A stretch of DNA of 64,000 nucleotides, taken from a bacterium (GTDB lineage: Bacteria > Patescibacteriota > Doudnabacteria > UBA920). The stretch lies in assembly GCA_021825655.1 (NCBI GenBank), contig JAKAGU010000004.1, positions 11,599 to 75,598 of the forward strand, written 5' to 3'. A program made the translations under genes and the position numbers. A model generated the notes under the pieces. It was not told the origin of the DNA, did not search any database, and saw only the letters and a program-made list of their open reading frames with translations. Below, one piece after another: positions 45,580 to 54,206 of this stretch (position 1 is its first letter; the number at the start of each line of letters is the position of its first letter).

Positions 45580-46449
45580 TTATTTGCTTACCAGTTTTTC
45601 TTTTTTAAGGGCGTTTAAAATAACCAAAGCTGCCAGCCGGCCGTAGATACCCAACCACACCAGCCAATTCAGCACAAAGGGGTACTGGCCGGCGTAATGC
45701 TTGCGATAGAAAATCCACATGGCATCATGGAACCATTTCAGCGCGCGAAACGGGACCTTCTTTGAAGACGAACCTTTAAAGTGGGTGATGCTGGTTTTGG
45801 GGTAATACCACACCTGATACCCGGCAGCCTTGCACCGCCAGCACCAGTCCAAATCCTCGCCATACATAAAAAAACTTTCGTCCAAGAGGCCGATTTTCTC
45901 CATAACCGATTTTCTTACTAGCAAAAAAGCGCCCATCACTGAATCCACCTGCTGCGGCAGATTCTCGTCGAGGTCCAACAAGTTATAATTTTTCCGGGAA
46001 AGTAAAAATAACCGGGCAAACGCGTTCCAGGGATTTGGGAATTTCCGACGGCAGGCCAAATCCAGACTGCCATCTGGTTTTTGCACCCGACAGCCGCTAA
46101 TTCCAATCTCGGGCCGTTCTTCCATAAAACCAACCATTGTCTCCAGCGTATCCGGCTTTATTTGCGTATCCGGGTTAAGCAGCAAGACATATTTGCCGGC
46201 AGCCTGCCTTATCCCAAGATTGTTGCCATGGGCAAAACCGGTATTCTGGTTTTTTATAAGCTTTAACAGCGGATATTTGGCTTCAACTATCTGGCTTTCC
46301 ACCCATTCCGCGGTGCCGTCGTTGGAGCCGTTATCTACGACCAAGGTTTCAAAGCTGTAGCGGGTTTGGGAAGCGAAAACCGAAGGCAGCAGGCGCTGAA
46401 GGTCGGCTTTGGACTTGTACGATAAAATAATAATGGACAAATCGGGCAT
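45580..46449 (-). CDS. Glycosyltransferase family 2
   Basis: LSIIILSYKSKADLQRLL, DNGSNDGT (DxD-like) and a GT-A fold. Start taken at MPDLSII (46449). The ORF-track start at 46488 would overlap the upstream GT2 by 34 nt. Confidence 0.8.
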   Translation of the reverse strand: MPDLSIIILSYKSKADLQRLLPSVFASQTRYSFETLVVDNGSNDGTAEWVESQIVEAKYPLLKLIKNQNTGFAHGNNLGIRQAAGKYVLLLNPDTQIKPDTLETMVGFMEERPEIGISGCRVQKPDGSLDLACRRKFPNPWNAFARLFLLSRKNYNLLDLDENLPQQVDSVMGAFLLVRKSVMEKIGLLDESFFMYGEDLDWCWRCKAAGYQVWYYPKTSITHFKGSSSKKVPFRALKWFHDAMWIFYRKHYAGQYPFVLNWLVWLGIYGRLAALVILNALKKEKLVSK

Positions 46450-46454
46450 AAATT

Positions 46455-47432
46455 CTACAGGCTCTTTAACATTTTTCTTTTGCGCCACATCCGGGGAAGT
46501 TGTTGAAAAAATTCAGGTAAAATTTTCAGCGTGCCGGCTTCGAACAGCAGAATGTAAGCAAACATGAAAAACTCGCGGGCAAAAAATTGCGGGTAAAAAA
46601 CTCGCGAGTTCTTTATGTACATAAAAATATGGTTTTTATAATTGAGCTGCCTGATCCGCGGGCTCAGAGTTTTGTGGTGCTTAATAAAAGCCGGCACATG
46701 GGCATAGCCATGCTTCGAAGAGCCGGCCCCCCGGCCATGGTAGGCTACCGCTTGAGGCGCAAACACGCAGCGCCAGCCCGCGTTCTTCATGCGCCAGGCC
46801 AAATCCACATCTTCCCAATACGAATGAAAGTCCTCGTCAAAATACTCAAAACCCGAACCGGCCGCTCTTGGTGTTTTTACCTTATCCAAAGCCGCGCCAC
46901 GGTACATGGCCCCGGCCGCGCTCACAGCCTGCACGTCGGTTTTTCGGTCGTACTGGCCGCAATCAGCTTCGTGTTGGCCGCGGTCACGCGCCCGGCCGGA
47001 TTTGTAAATCAAGACTCCGGTCGTGTCCAAAATTTTATTATTCCGGAAATCTTCAATTTTAAATTTTAAATCTTTAAATTGGTACAGCTTGCCCGTAACC
47101 GCTCCCGCTTGCTCATTCTTAAAAGCCAACAACATTTTTTCCATGTAATCCGGCTCCATTATCAAGTCCGGATTCACAAGCTGAAAAAACTCGCTGGGAT
47201 ATTTCTCAAACACCAGATTGTGGCCTTTGGCAAAACCGATATTGTAGCCGGGATCGATTATCTCGACTTGGGGGAACTTTTCTGCCAGCAGCTCTTTGCC
47301 GTTATCCGTATTGCCGGCGATTACGGCCACAGCGCGGTAGTCCTGAAACGTCTGGTTGAAAATCGCATTGAATACCGGCTCGATAAAGCGGCGGTTATTG
47401 TATACGACCTGGACCACTGTAACTTTAGGCAT
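46455..47432 (-). CDS. Glycosyltransferase family 2
   Basis: MPKVTVVQVVYNNRRFIEPVFNAIFNQTF and a GT-A fold. Confidence 0.8.
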   Translation of the reverse strand: MPKVTVVQVVYNNRRFIEPVFNAIFNQTFQDYRAVAVIAGNTDNGKELLAEKFPQVEIIDPGYNIGFAKGHNLVFEKYPSEFFQLVNPDLIMEPDYMEKMLLAFKNEQAGAVTGKLYQFKDLKFKIEDFRNNKILDTTGVLIYKSGRARDRGQHEADCGQYDRKTDVQAVSAAGAMYRGAALDKVKTPRAAGSGFEYFDEDFHSYWEDVDLAWRMKNAGWRCVFAPQAVAYHGRGAGSSKHGYAHVPAFIKHHKTLSPRIRQLNYKNHIFMYIKNSRVFYPQFFAREFFMFAYILLFEAGTLKILPEFFQQLPRMWRKRKMLKSL

Positions 47433-49005
47433 GGTCGTTTTTCTCCCAAGTGTGGTAACGCTTCACAATGACCCCGGACAGCCCCAAAGCCAGAAAGAAA
47501 AACATCATAACTTTGTCATTGAACAAGGTAATGTCGAACACACCCGCGGCCAGTATCCACATAAAAACCAAGGCAGCCTGAAAGACGAAAAAAACCAAAA
47601 AATTATTATCATGCTTATGCGTTACCAAAAAATTTCGGAAAACTTCCAGCACCCGGTACCAGAAATACAAAAACACGGCCAGGCCGGCCAGGCCGGTTTC
47701 CACCAGCACCTGCAAATACAAGCTATGGGCGCTGACATAGCCCTGCGGCAGGTTATAGCGCTGGTTGTGCCGGTTAGCCAAGTCATCATAGCTGGAAAGC
47801 CCCAGCGTGTTCTTTTCCTGGCTAACAATGAAATTTTTCAAACCCACGCCCCAGGGATGAAAGGCGGCATACCTAAGGCTGTCTTTCCAAATGGCAATCC
47901 GGCCGGCATTGGAAGTTTCATTCAGGTCATAAATGCTGCGCGCGCGGTCCACAAAATTTTCCTGGAATTTCCCGCCCACCCTCAAATATTCCAACCCCTT
48001 GTTAAAAAGCGGGGAAACGGTGAACAGAACCAGCACCATCAAAAAAGACCAAAAAAACTTTTTAGCCACGGGTTTGAGAAAATTGCGGTACCACGCCAGG
48101 CAGATGGCAAAAAACGGCACAAGCATGCCCACCCATACGGCGCGGGTTCCGGACAGCATAACCGCCAGTCCGGCAAAACGGATACCTGACCATAACCAGC
48201 TTTTAAGCCTTTTGCCTACGGCATAAGTTACCGCCGTGCCAAAACCCAGGCCAAAGGCCGACAAATAAGCAAACGACTGGGAGTCCGGCATAATGCTAAA
48301 CATGCGCAAATCCCGGCCGCCGCCGGAAAAGGAAAACCAGGAGTTGGAATATAAGCTGACAGAAGCAAAGTAGGTGCCGTAATACAATTTCGAAATATAG
48401 CTGGCCCAATACACCCAGAATACGTCCATGGTGGCAAAAAATGTTACAAACAACTGGGTATAACCGAGCACAATTATGGCAGTCAGCGCCACAACCGCCG
48501 CCTTTACCAAAGACATCACCTGCTCTTTGGTTCTAACGGAATTTACGAGCACTATATAAAACAGCCAAAGGTTCAGCAAAAAAATCAGCTGCCGCAAGCC
48601 TACCGCCTTAAAGTGGCCGAACAGCAGGGTTACCGCCAGGGTGATAACAGCAAAGACGCCCAGCGTTTTGTCCCAAGGCAGAAATTCCGGGCGTTGCTTT
48701 AAAAGCCAAATGTCTTTCCACAGCCATTTTAAAGCCAATCCAATGAACAAAAGGCGCCAGGTAGCAAGTCCGTCGAAACCGCCCAAGGGCAGCCCCACAT
48801 AGAAAGGAATGGACAGGACCAAAAAAAACAGACTTTCAAAAATGGGGCTGAAAATGACAAACAGCAGGCCCAGAACCAGATTCACCCAAACCAGGACAGC
48901 GGGCCAGCTACCCACAGAAATCATTAACACCGAAATGAACTGCCAGACCGCCAGCAGCCATTTTAAGTTTTTCAGGGACCAAAATTTAACCAGGTAAGTA
49001 CTCAT
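47425..49005 (-). CDS. O-antigen ligase / Wzy-like polymerase family membrane protein
   Basis: ~12 TM helices with a large periplasmic loop typical of Wzy_C/O-antigen ligase proteins. Start taken at MSTYLVKF (ATG 49005 overlaps the upstream stop as ATGA). Confidence 0.6.
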   Translation of the reverse strand: MSTYLVKFWSLKNLKWLLAVWQFISVLMISVGSWPAVLVWVNLVLGLLFVIFSPIFESLFFLVLSIPFYVGLPLGGFDGLATWRLLFIGLALKWLWKDIWLLKQRPEFLPWDKTLGVFAVITLAVTLLFGHFKAVGLRQLIFLLNLWLFYIVLVNSVRTKEQVMSLVKAAVVALTAIIVLGYTQLFVTFFATMDVFWVYWASYISKLYYGTYFASVSLYSNSWFSFSGGGRDLRMFSIMPDSQSFAYLSAFGLGFGTAVTYAVGKRLKSWLWSGIRFAGLAVMLSGTRAVWVGMLVPFFAICLAWYRNFLKPVAKKFFWSFLMVLVLFTVSPLFNKGLEYLRVGGKFQENFVDRARSIYDLNETSNAGRIAIWKDSLRYAAFHPWGVGLKNFIVSQEKNTLGLSSYDDLANRHNQRYNLPQGYVSAHSLYLQVLVETGLAGLAVFLYFWYRVLEVFRNFLVTHKHDNNFLVFFVFQAALVFMWILAAGVFDITLFNDKVMMFFFLALGLSGVIVKRYHTWEKNDHA

Positions 49006-50081
49006 GAAGTCAGCACCTCCAGGGTTTCCTGTGCGCATTTTGCCCAGGAGAATTGCGATAGCCGGGCAGCCCCTGCAGCGACAAGCTGCTTGGCGCGTTC
49101 CGGATTTTTTAACACCTTCAGCATGGCATGCTTTATTGATTCTAAATCGTGAGGGTTAAAATACTCGGCAGCCTCCCCTGCCACCTCTGGCATGCTGGAA
49201 AGGTTGCCGGTGGCAACCGGCGTGCCGGCCGCAAAAGCCTCCAAAATAGTCATGCCAAACCCTTCGTAAAACGACGGCAGCACCATCAGCTTAGCTTTTT
49301 TTAGAACCGCGTTCCTTTGGGCATTAGGCAAGTGGTTCAGATAGACCACGGACTCGCTGTGGTTTTTAATTTTCTCCAGAATCGATCCGTATTTCCAGCC
49401 CAGCCTGCCTACCATCACCAGCTTATGCTTTAAACCTGGATTTGCCGCTTTCATTTCCGTGAATGCGTCAATCAGGCCTTGCGGATTTTTTCTCGGCTGC
49501 AGCGTGGACAAATAGAGTATAAATTCTTCCGGCAAACCGGGTGGCAGGCTTCCAGCTTCGCTTTCCAGCACCGACGTGTCGAAGCCATGATGAATAACTT
49601 TTACTTTATCGCCCCGAACGCCGTAAAATCTTACCAAGTCTTTTTTTGTAGCCTCCGAAACCGCAATTACCGTCTGGGCCCTTTTGGCCGCAAACCCCGT
49701 TGACCAGTCCAAAAACCAGCGAGTGGACGCATTAAAAGTTTCCGGATAATATTTCCACGCCAGGTCATGCACGGTCACCACGGTTTTTTTCGGATGTATA
49801 AAAGGCAGGGCGGAGGCAGGGATAAGCAAAACCTCCGGCGGATGCACAAGCATTTCCCAGCTGAGGCGCAACTGGGTCCAAAAAAGCGGGAAAGGCATAA
49901 CCTTGACTGTAAAATTTTCTGGCAGCTTTAAAAACCAGTCCTGGGGGGCGGACCGGAGATATAACACGTACTGATTCACGGCGTCTATCTTCGCCAAATG
50001 GACAATAAGCTGTTGGGCGTAATTTTCCACGCCGGTTTTCTGCGCGGCGTTTGCCCGTTCAGCCTCAATGCCTATAACCAT
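49002..50081 (-). CDS. Glycosyltransferase family 4
   Basis: MVIGIEAERANAAQKTGVENY N-terminus and GT4 C-terminal domain (YEGFGMTILEAFAAG). Confidence 0.75.
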   Translation of the reverse strand: MVIGIEAERANAAQKTGVENYAQQLIVHLAKIDAVNQYVLYLRSAPQDWFLKLPENFTVKVMPFPLFWTQLRLSWEMLVHPPEVLLIPASALPFIHPKKTVVTVHDLAWKYYPETFNASTRWFLDWSTGFAAKRAQTVIAVSEATKKDLVRFYGVRGDKVKVIHHGFDTSVLESEAGSLPPGLPEEFILYLSTLQPRKNPQGLIDAFTEMKAANPGLKHKLVMVGRLGWKYGSILEKIKNHSESVVYLNHLPNAQRNAVLKKAKLMVLPSFYEGFGMTILEAFAAGTPVATGNLSSMPEVAGEAAEYFNPHDLESIKHAMLKVLKNPERAKQLVAAGAARLSQFSWAKCAQETLEVLTS

Positions 50082-50083
50082 AC

Positions 50084-50317
50084 TTATTTTTGCCCGGGCA
50101 GCACTCGCCCGGCGGGCATGGGTCTTTCCGTCATTCTGGTTTTTATCAGGGCAGAGGCGCTGATTTCTTCATCCAGGTTGTAATTGTACACTTGCCAAAT
50201 CACGAAACCTCCGACAAGAAAAGCCAGCGTACCCAAGGTAACGTATAACCAGAAACTTTTAATGTGTTTTTTCACAACAGGAACCGTTTGCGTGGCCGCA
50301 TTTTGTGCGTCTTGCAT
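50084..50317 (-). CDS. Small single-TM hypothetical protein
   Basis: 77 aa with one hydrophobic helix (FWLYVTLGTLAFLVGGFVIW), 2 nt upstream of the GT4 gene. Confidence 0.35.
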   Translation of the reverse strand: MQDAQNAATQTVPVVKKHIKSFWLYVTLGTLAFLVGGFVIWQVYNYNLDEEISASALIKTRMTERPMPAGRVLPGQK

Positions 50318-50350
50318 ATTGCTTGTGTTTTAATTTTTACCCGAAGGTAT

Positions 50351-50767
50351 TTATTTTAAATATTTTACCACATTTTGCCGCAAAAGCGAAGTTTTGTATA
50401 CATTCGGGCGAAATGGCCGCAGGCGCACTACCCGAGTCCTCATGCCCGCCTGCTTAAGGTCCCGGCGCAATTCCCGTACGTAATCCCGCTGGTCATAACC
50501 CAAAGCAATAACATCCGGCCGCTGCTGCCTGATGTGGAAAAAGTAAGCCCGCTTGCCCCCGAGCACGGCCTTATCCACTCCGGGAATTTTTTTTATTTGT
50601 TTCAGCCTGTAGGACTCGCTGTGACTGGGCAAGCGGCCTTTTATCCTCAAAACGTTGGCATCCCTGGCCAAAGAGACGATTAAAAACACGTGCTTTGCCA
50701 GGGCCCTGGCTTGCCTGAAAAAGTCCAGATGTCCTGCGTGCACCAAATCAAAAGTTCCGAAGGCCAT
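50351..50767 (-). CDS. Cytidylyltransferase-like nucleotidyltransferase (HxGH family; TagD / archaeal RibL-like)
   Basis: GTFDLVHAGHLDFF (HIGH-type motif), then ...SLARDANVLRIKGRLPSHSESYRLKQIKKIPGVDKAVLG, resembling RibL/TagD. Start uncertain: M37 at 50767, alternatively M18 at 50824 or the ORF-track start at 50875. Confidence 0.6.
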   Translation of the reverse strand: MAFGTFDLVHAGHLDFFRQARALAKHVFLIVSLARDANVLRIKGRLPSHSESYRLKQIKKIPGVDKAVLGGKRAYFFHIRQQRPDVIALGYDQRDYVRELRRDLKQAGMRTRVVRLRPFRPNVYKTSLLRQNVVKYLK

Positions 50768-50813
50768 TACGCGCAGCAGCTTGTCCGCGGGCGTGTTTTT
50801 TTTGCGCAGCGGT

Positions 50814-52256
50814 TTATGCGGCATCTTTTTTAAAAAATAATTTTTTGACCGTTCGGATGTCTTCTTTGCTGGCAAAACCCGTTGCCAAAAGCGCCAGGCT
50901 GTAAACCCCGGCTCCCAGCGGCAAAGTCAGCGCCAGGCTGTGGGTGCGCAGCGGCCAAAGCACTAGGCCCATGGCCAGGGCGGCGGCGGCGGGTTTAAAA
51001 AAATTAGAAACAAAACGGAAGTCGGTTATTTTGCGGCGCACAAAATAAAAGTAAAACAAGCCCTGCAGGCTTTCCGAAACCACGGTCATGGCCGCAGCCG
51101 CTTGGATGCCGAAACGCGGAATCAGCAGCAGATTGCCGGCAATATTCACAACAACATTGGCTCCGGTTATTACCACCGCTTTTTTGGTCAGCTGTGAAAT
51201 CACCAGGGAATTAACCGGGATATACATAAATAAAATCGCCGGCGCCCAAATGAGCACGGAAAGGACGGGAGCCGCAGGCGCGTATTCGGGACCCGCCACC
51301 AGGGCAATAAGTTTTGCCGACAGCACCATACCGCCCGCCGCCATGGGCAAAGCCGCCGCCATCATAAGGCGCAGATATTTTTCCAAATTTTCCCTGACTT
51401 CGCTTAGCGCGCTTTTTGCCATTAACCCCGCAAAAAACGGAAACAGGGTATAAGACACAACCGAAGGGAAAAAACCCAGCAAATCAAAAATCTTATAGGC
51501 GGCAGTATAGTAGCCGGTCTGGACATAGCCTTTCATGAGAGAAATCAGCACCACGTCAACCCGGTTGTAAATAGCGCTGAACCCCACCAACAAAGCAAAA
51601 GGCCAGCCTTGTTTAATCACATTTTTAATCAGGTGAAAATCCAGCAGCTTAAGGCCGCCCAAAATTTTTAGCCTTGGCAGGTGTTTGGCCGCATAAATGC
51701 GGTACAGTACCAAATCCAAAAGCCCAAAGCACAGCTGCACGCTCGCCAAAAAAACAATATGCCGGTGCAGGAAAATGGCCGCAAAGATAATGCTTACATT
51801 TACACACGAATTCAAAAAATTTATCCAGGCCACTTTGCGCAAATCCTGGAACGCGGCCATAACCGCCAAATACGGATAAGTCAGGGCATTGGCCACCATG
51901 CCCAAACCCGCCAGGCAAATACCGTAAAACACGGCCGGATCGGGATAGCGCAAAAAAGCGATCAAAACCAGCAAGACATACAGCAGCAAGGCTACCACCA
52001 CTTCAAAGGAAAAAAACTCGTAAAAATATTCCTGGGTTTCCCCCGGATTTTCGCTCATTTTCTTGGTAATGAACTGCTGGATGCCAAAGTCTACAACGGT
52101 TGAAAACAGCAGGACATAGGACAGGATAAGCTGATACTGGCCGCTTGCGTACGGACCTAAGTAGCGGAAAAGCTGGGTGTACGCCACAAATAGCAAAACC
52201 AGGGCCAAGACCCTGGAAATGCTAAGCCAGAAAATATTTTTGGAGACCTGGGACAT
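50814..52256 (-). CDS. Wzx-like oligosaccharide flippase (MOP superfamily polysaccharide biosynthesis protein)
   Basis: 480 aa with ~14 TM helices and the polysaccharide-biosynthesis-protein family architecture. Confidence 0.7.
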   Translation of the reverse strand: MSQVSKNIFWLSISRVLALVLLFVAYTQLFRYLGPYASGQYQLILSYVLLFSTVVDFGIQQFITKKMSENPGETQEYFYEFFSFEVVVALLLYVLLVLIAFLRYPDPAVFYGICLAGLGMVANALTYPYLAVMAAFQDLRKVAWINFLNSCVNVSIIFAAIFLHRHIVFLASVQLCFGLLDLVLYRIYAAKHLPRLKILGGLKLLDFHLIKNVIKQGWPFALLVGFSAIYNRVDVVLISLMKGYVQTGYYTAAYKIFDLLGFFPSVVSYTLFPFFAGLMAKSALSEVRENLEKYLRLMMAAALPMAAGGMVLSAKLIALVAGPEYAPAAPVLSVLIWAPAILFMYIPVNSLVISQLTKKAVVITGANVVVNIAGNLLLIPRFGIQAAAAMTVVSESLQGLFYFYFVRRKITDFRFVSNFFKPAAAALAMGLVLWPLRTHSLALTLPLGAGVYSLALLATGFASKEDIRTVKKLFFKKDAA

Positions 52257-52275
52257 GACAGCCGGCTAAAAACCG

Positions 52276-54129
52276 CTACTTAAGTATGGCATCACCTTTG
52301 GCATAAGCGTCGACCTCATCCTGAGACAAAGTGCTAACCCTGGAGAATTTATAGCCCCGGGCTTTGAAGGCTTTGGCGGACAACGGCCGAAGCTGGCTCT
52401 TGCTGACAAGGAAAATGGTTCCGGAAGACGAACCCTTTACCAGCGTGCCGTCCCGCGGCGGAATCGGAATGCCATCAAACCATTCCAGCGCCATATTGGA
52501 AGTAAACACGTAGTCAGGCGTAATGCCGCGCTGTTTGGCTACAAAAGCTGAAATTGGATGTTTGGTACCGTCTTTGAAAATATAAAGCGGCCCGGTTTTG
52601 CTGTCAGCGGAGAAGAAGGTGCGGTCTTTCGGGGTGGCAAAAGCGCCAATGGGCAACGCGCCGACTTCCTCGGAGCTTAAAGAGGCCACGTTCTTAAAGC
52701 TCAAACCCCGGTTTTTGAACAACTCGCCGGTAAGCGGACGCTTAAAGCCAGCTTCCATGAGGAAAACCGTGCCAGACTCAGCGGCTTTAACCAGAGTTCC
52801 GTCCAGCGGCGGAACAAAACCTTGCTGGGTGTATGTAGGGATTTCCGTATCAGGCACTATCACAATCTGTTTCGGGGTAACTTTGCGCTGTTTGAATGTA
52901 AATTCGGAAAACAGCTTAATCATTCCATTGTCAACCAAATATACTGCCGGGTTCTGGGCACCGCGAATTATTGTACCGTCATTGGGCGGCAGTACCGCAC
53001 CTGAGTCAAACAGCGCTCCATCCGAACTGGAAATAGTGAGGGCGGAAGCAAGGTCCAAACCCCGCTGTTTGATTACGAAGTCAGAAGCAGGATGCTTGAC
53101 ACCGGCAATAAATACATAGGTCTTGCCGTCGTCGGCCATCTTCACTACGGTATTGTCTGCTGGGGCAAAAATTTTATCCGTGGGGTAACTTTCAAATTCG
53201 TTCGGCGAAATGGTAATTTTTTTGGTTAGGTCCAAACCCCTTTGTTTTGCCACAAAGTCCGGCACTAGCTGCTTGGTGCCGTTCTGGATAATATAGGTCT
53301 TAATGTCGTTGGCCAGTGACAAAAGCGTGCCATTGGGATATCTAAACCAGCTGTTAAAAAATTTCCAGAAGTTGTAATTGCCATTAAAAACATGGGGGGT
53401 ATAGCGGTAAAGGGCCGCTGTGGCCAAATTACTCAAAGTAACAAATTGGCTCGGCGCCGCTTCGGCATAGCCCCCGGTTGTGTTGTCCAAAAGCACGCTC
53501 TCCCCCACTTTCGCCACCCTGCCATCCACTTGCGGGCCGCGGCCGCCGGGCGTGCTGTAAGACTTCATCAGGGATTTGGCCGCACCCAAATACCGGTTGC
53601 CGTCGGCGTCATAGTTGCCGAAGAGTTGGTAATAAAATCCAGGGAACAGATTGCCGCACCCGGAAGCATCGGGACAATCAAAACCCATGGCATGATCCAA
53701 GGCTCTTTGCAGGTGGTCAGGGTCATAGTCGTTAGCCGAGGTCACCAACCCCTGCTCTTTATTCAGTGTAACCAAAATAACCTGCGGGTTAAGGCCGCTT
53801 TGCAAGGAGGCGTCCCAGATTAATTCGGCCGCGGTCCTCAGGCGCCCCAGATTCGGCCGCGGGTCTTCCAGTCCGGTTTTTAAAAGCGAATTATCAGGTT
53901 CCTTGAGTTTAACCAAAAAGCTCGCAGAAGTATCGGCCAATACGGAATTTTTCGCTTCCAAAAATTTTTGTACGCCCTCGGGTCCGCCGAAAGTCTGAGT
54001 ATCGGCAAAAACTTTGTCGTCAATCAGCTTATTGGGGTCAAAGCCGGGGTCAATTTGGGCCAAAGCCTGCAGCGGAAAAACCAGCAACAAAAGTAGGCCG
54101 AGTATTTTTTTGAACTTTTGATTTCTCAT
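52276..54129 (-). CDS. Secreted protein with six tandem ~60-aa repeats of an unassigned module
   Basis: Signal peptide (LLLLLVFPLQALA), a ~280-aa N-terminal domain, then six repeats with consensus P.DGTLVK....VYL...G.K.PI....F..RG..F..V...S..E. The same repeats occur in the adjacent subtilisin. Confidence 0.45.
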   Translation of the reverse strand: MRNQKFKKILGLLLLLVFPLQALAQIDPGFDPNKLIDDKVFADTQTFGGPEGVQKFLEAKNSVLADTSASFLVKLKEPDNSLLKTGLEDPRPNLGRLRTAAELIWDASLQSGLNPQVILVTLNKEQGLVTSANDYDPDHLQRALDHAMGFDCPDASGCGNLFPGFYYQLFGNYDADGNRYLGAAKSLMKSYSTPGGRGPQVDGRVAKVGESVLLDNTTGGYAEAAPSQFVTLSNLATAALYRYTPHVFNGNYNFWKFFNSWFRYPNGTLLSLANDIKTYIIQNGTKQLVPDFVAKQRGLDLTKKITISPNEFESYPTDKIFAPADNTVVKMADDGKTYVFIAGVKHPASDFVIKQRGLDLASALTISSSDGALFDSGAVLPPNDGTIIRGAQNPAVYLVDNGMIKLFSEFTFKQRKVTPKQIVIVPDTEIPTYTQQGFVPPLDGTLVKAAESGTVFLMEAGFKRPLTGELFKNRGLSFKNVASLSSEEVGALPIGAFATPKDRTFFSADSKTGPLYIFKDGTKHPISAFVAKQRGITPDYVFTSNMALEWFDGIPIPPRDGTLVKGSSSGTIFLVSKSQLRPLSAKAFKARGYKFSRVSTLSQDEVDAYAKGDAILK

Positions 54130-54206
54130 GAATCTTTTAAATATGCGTATTAATTATTTTATGGAAAGTCACCTGCATAGTAATAGACGGTTAAACCAAA
54201 ACTTTG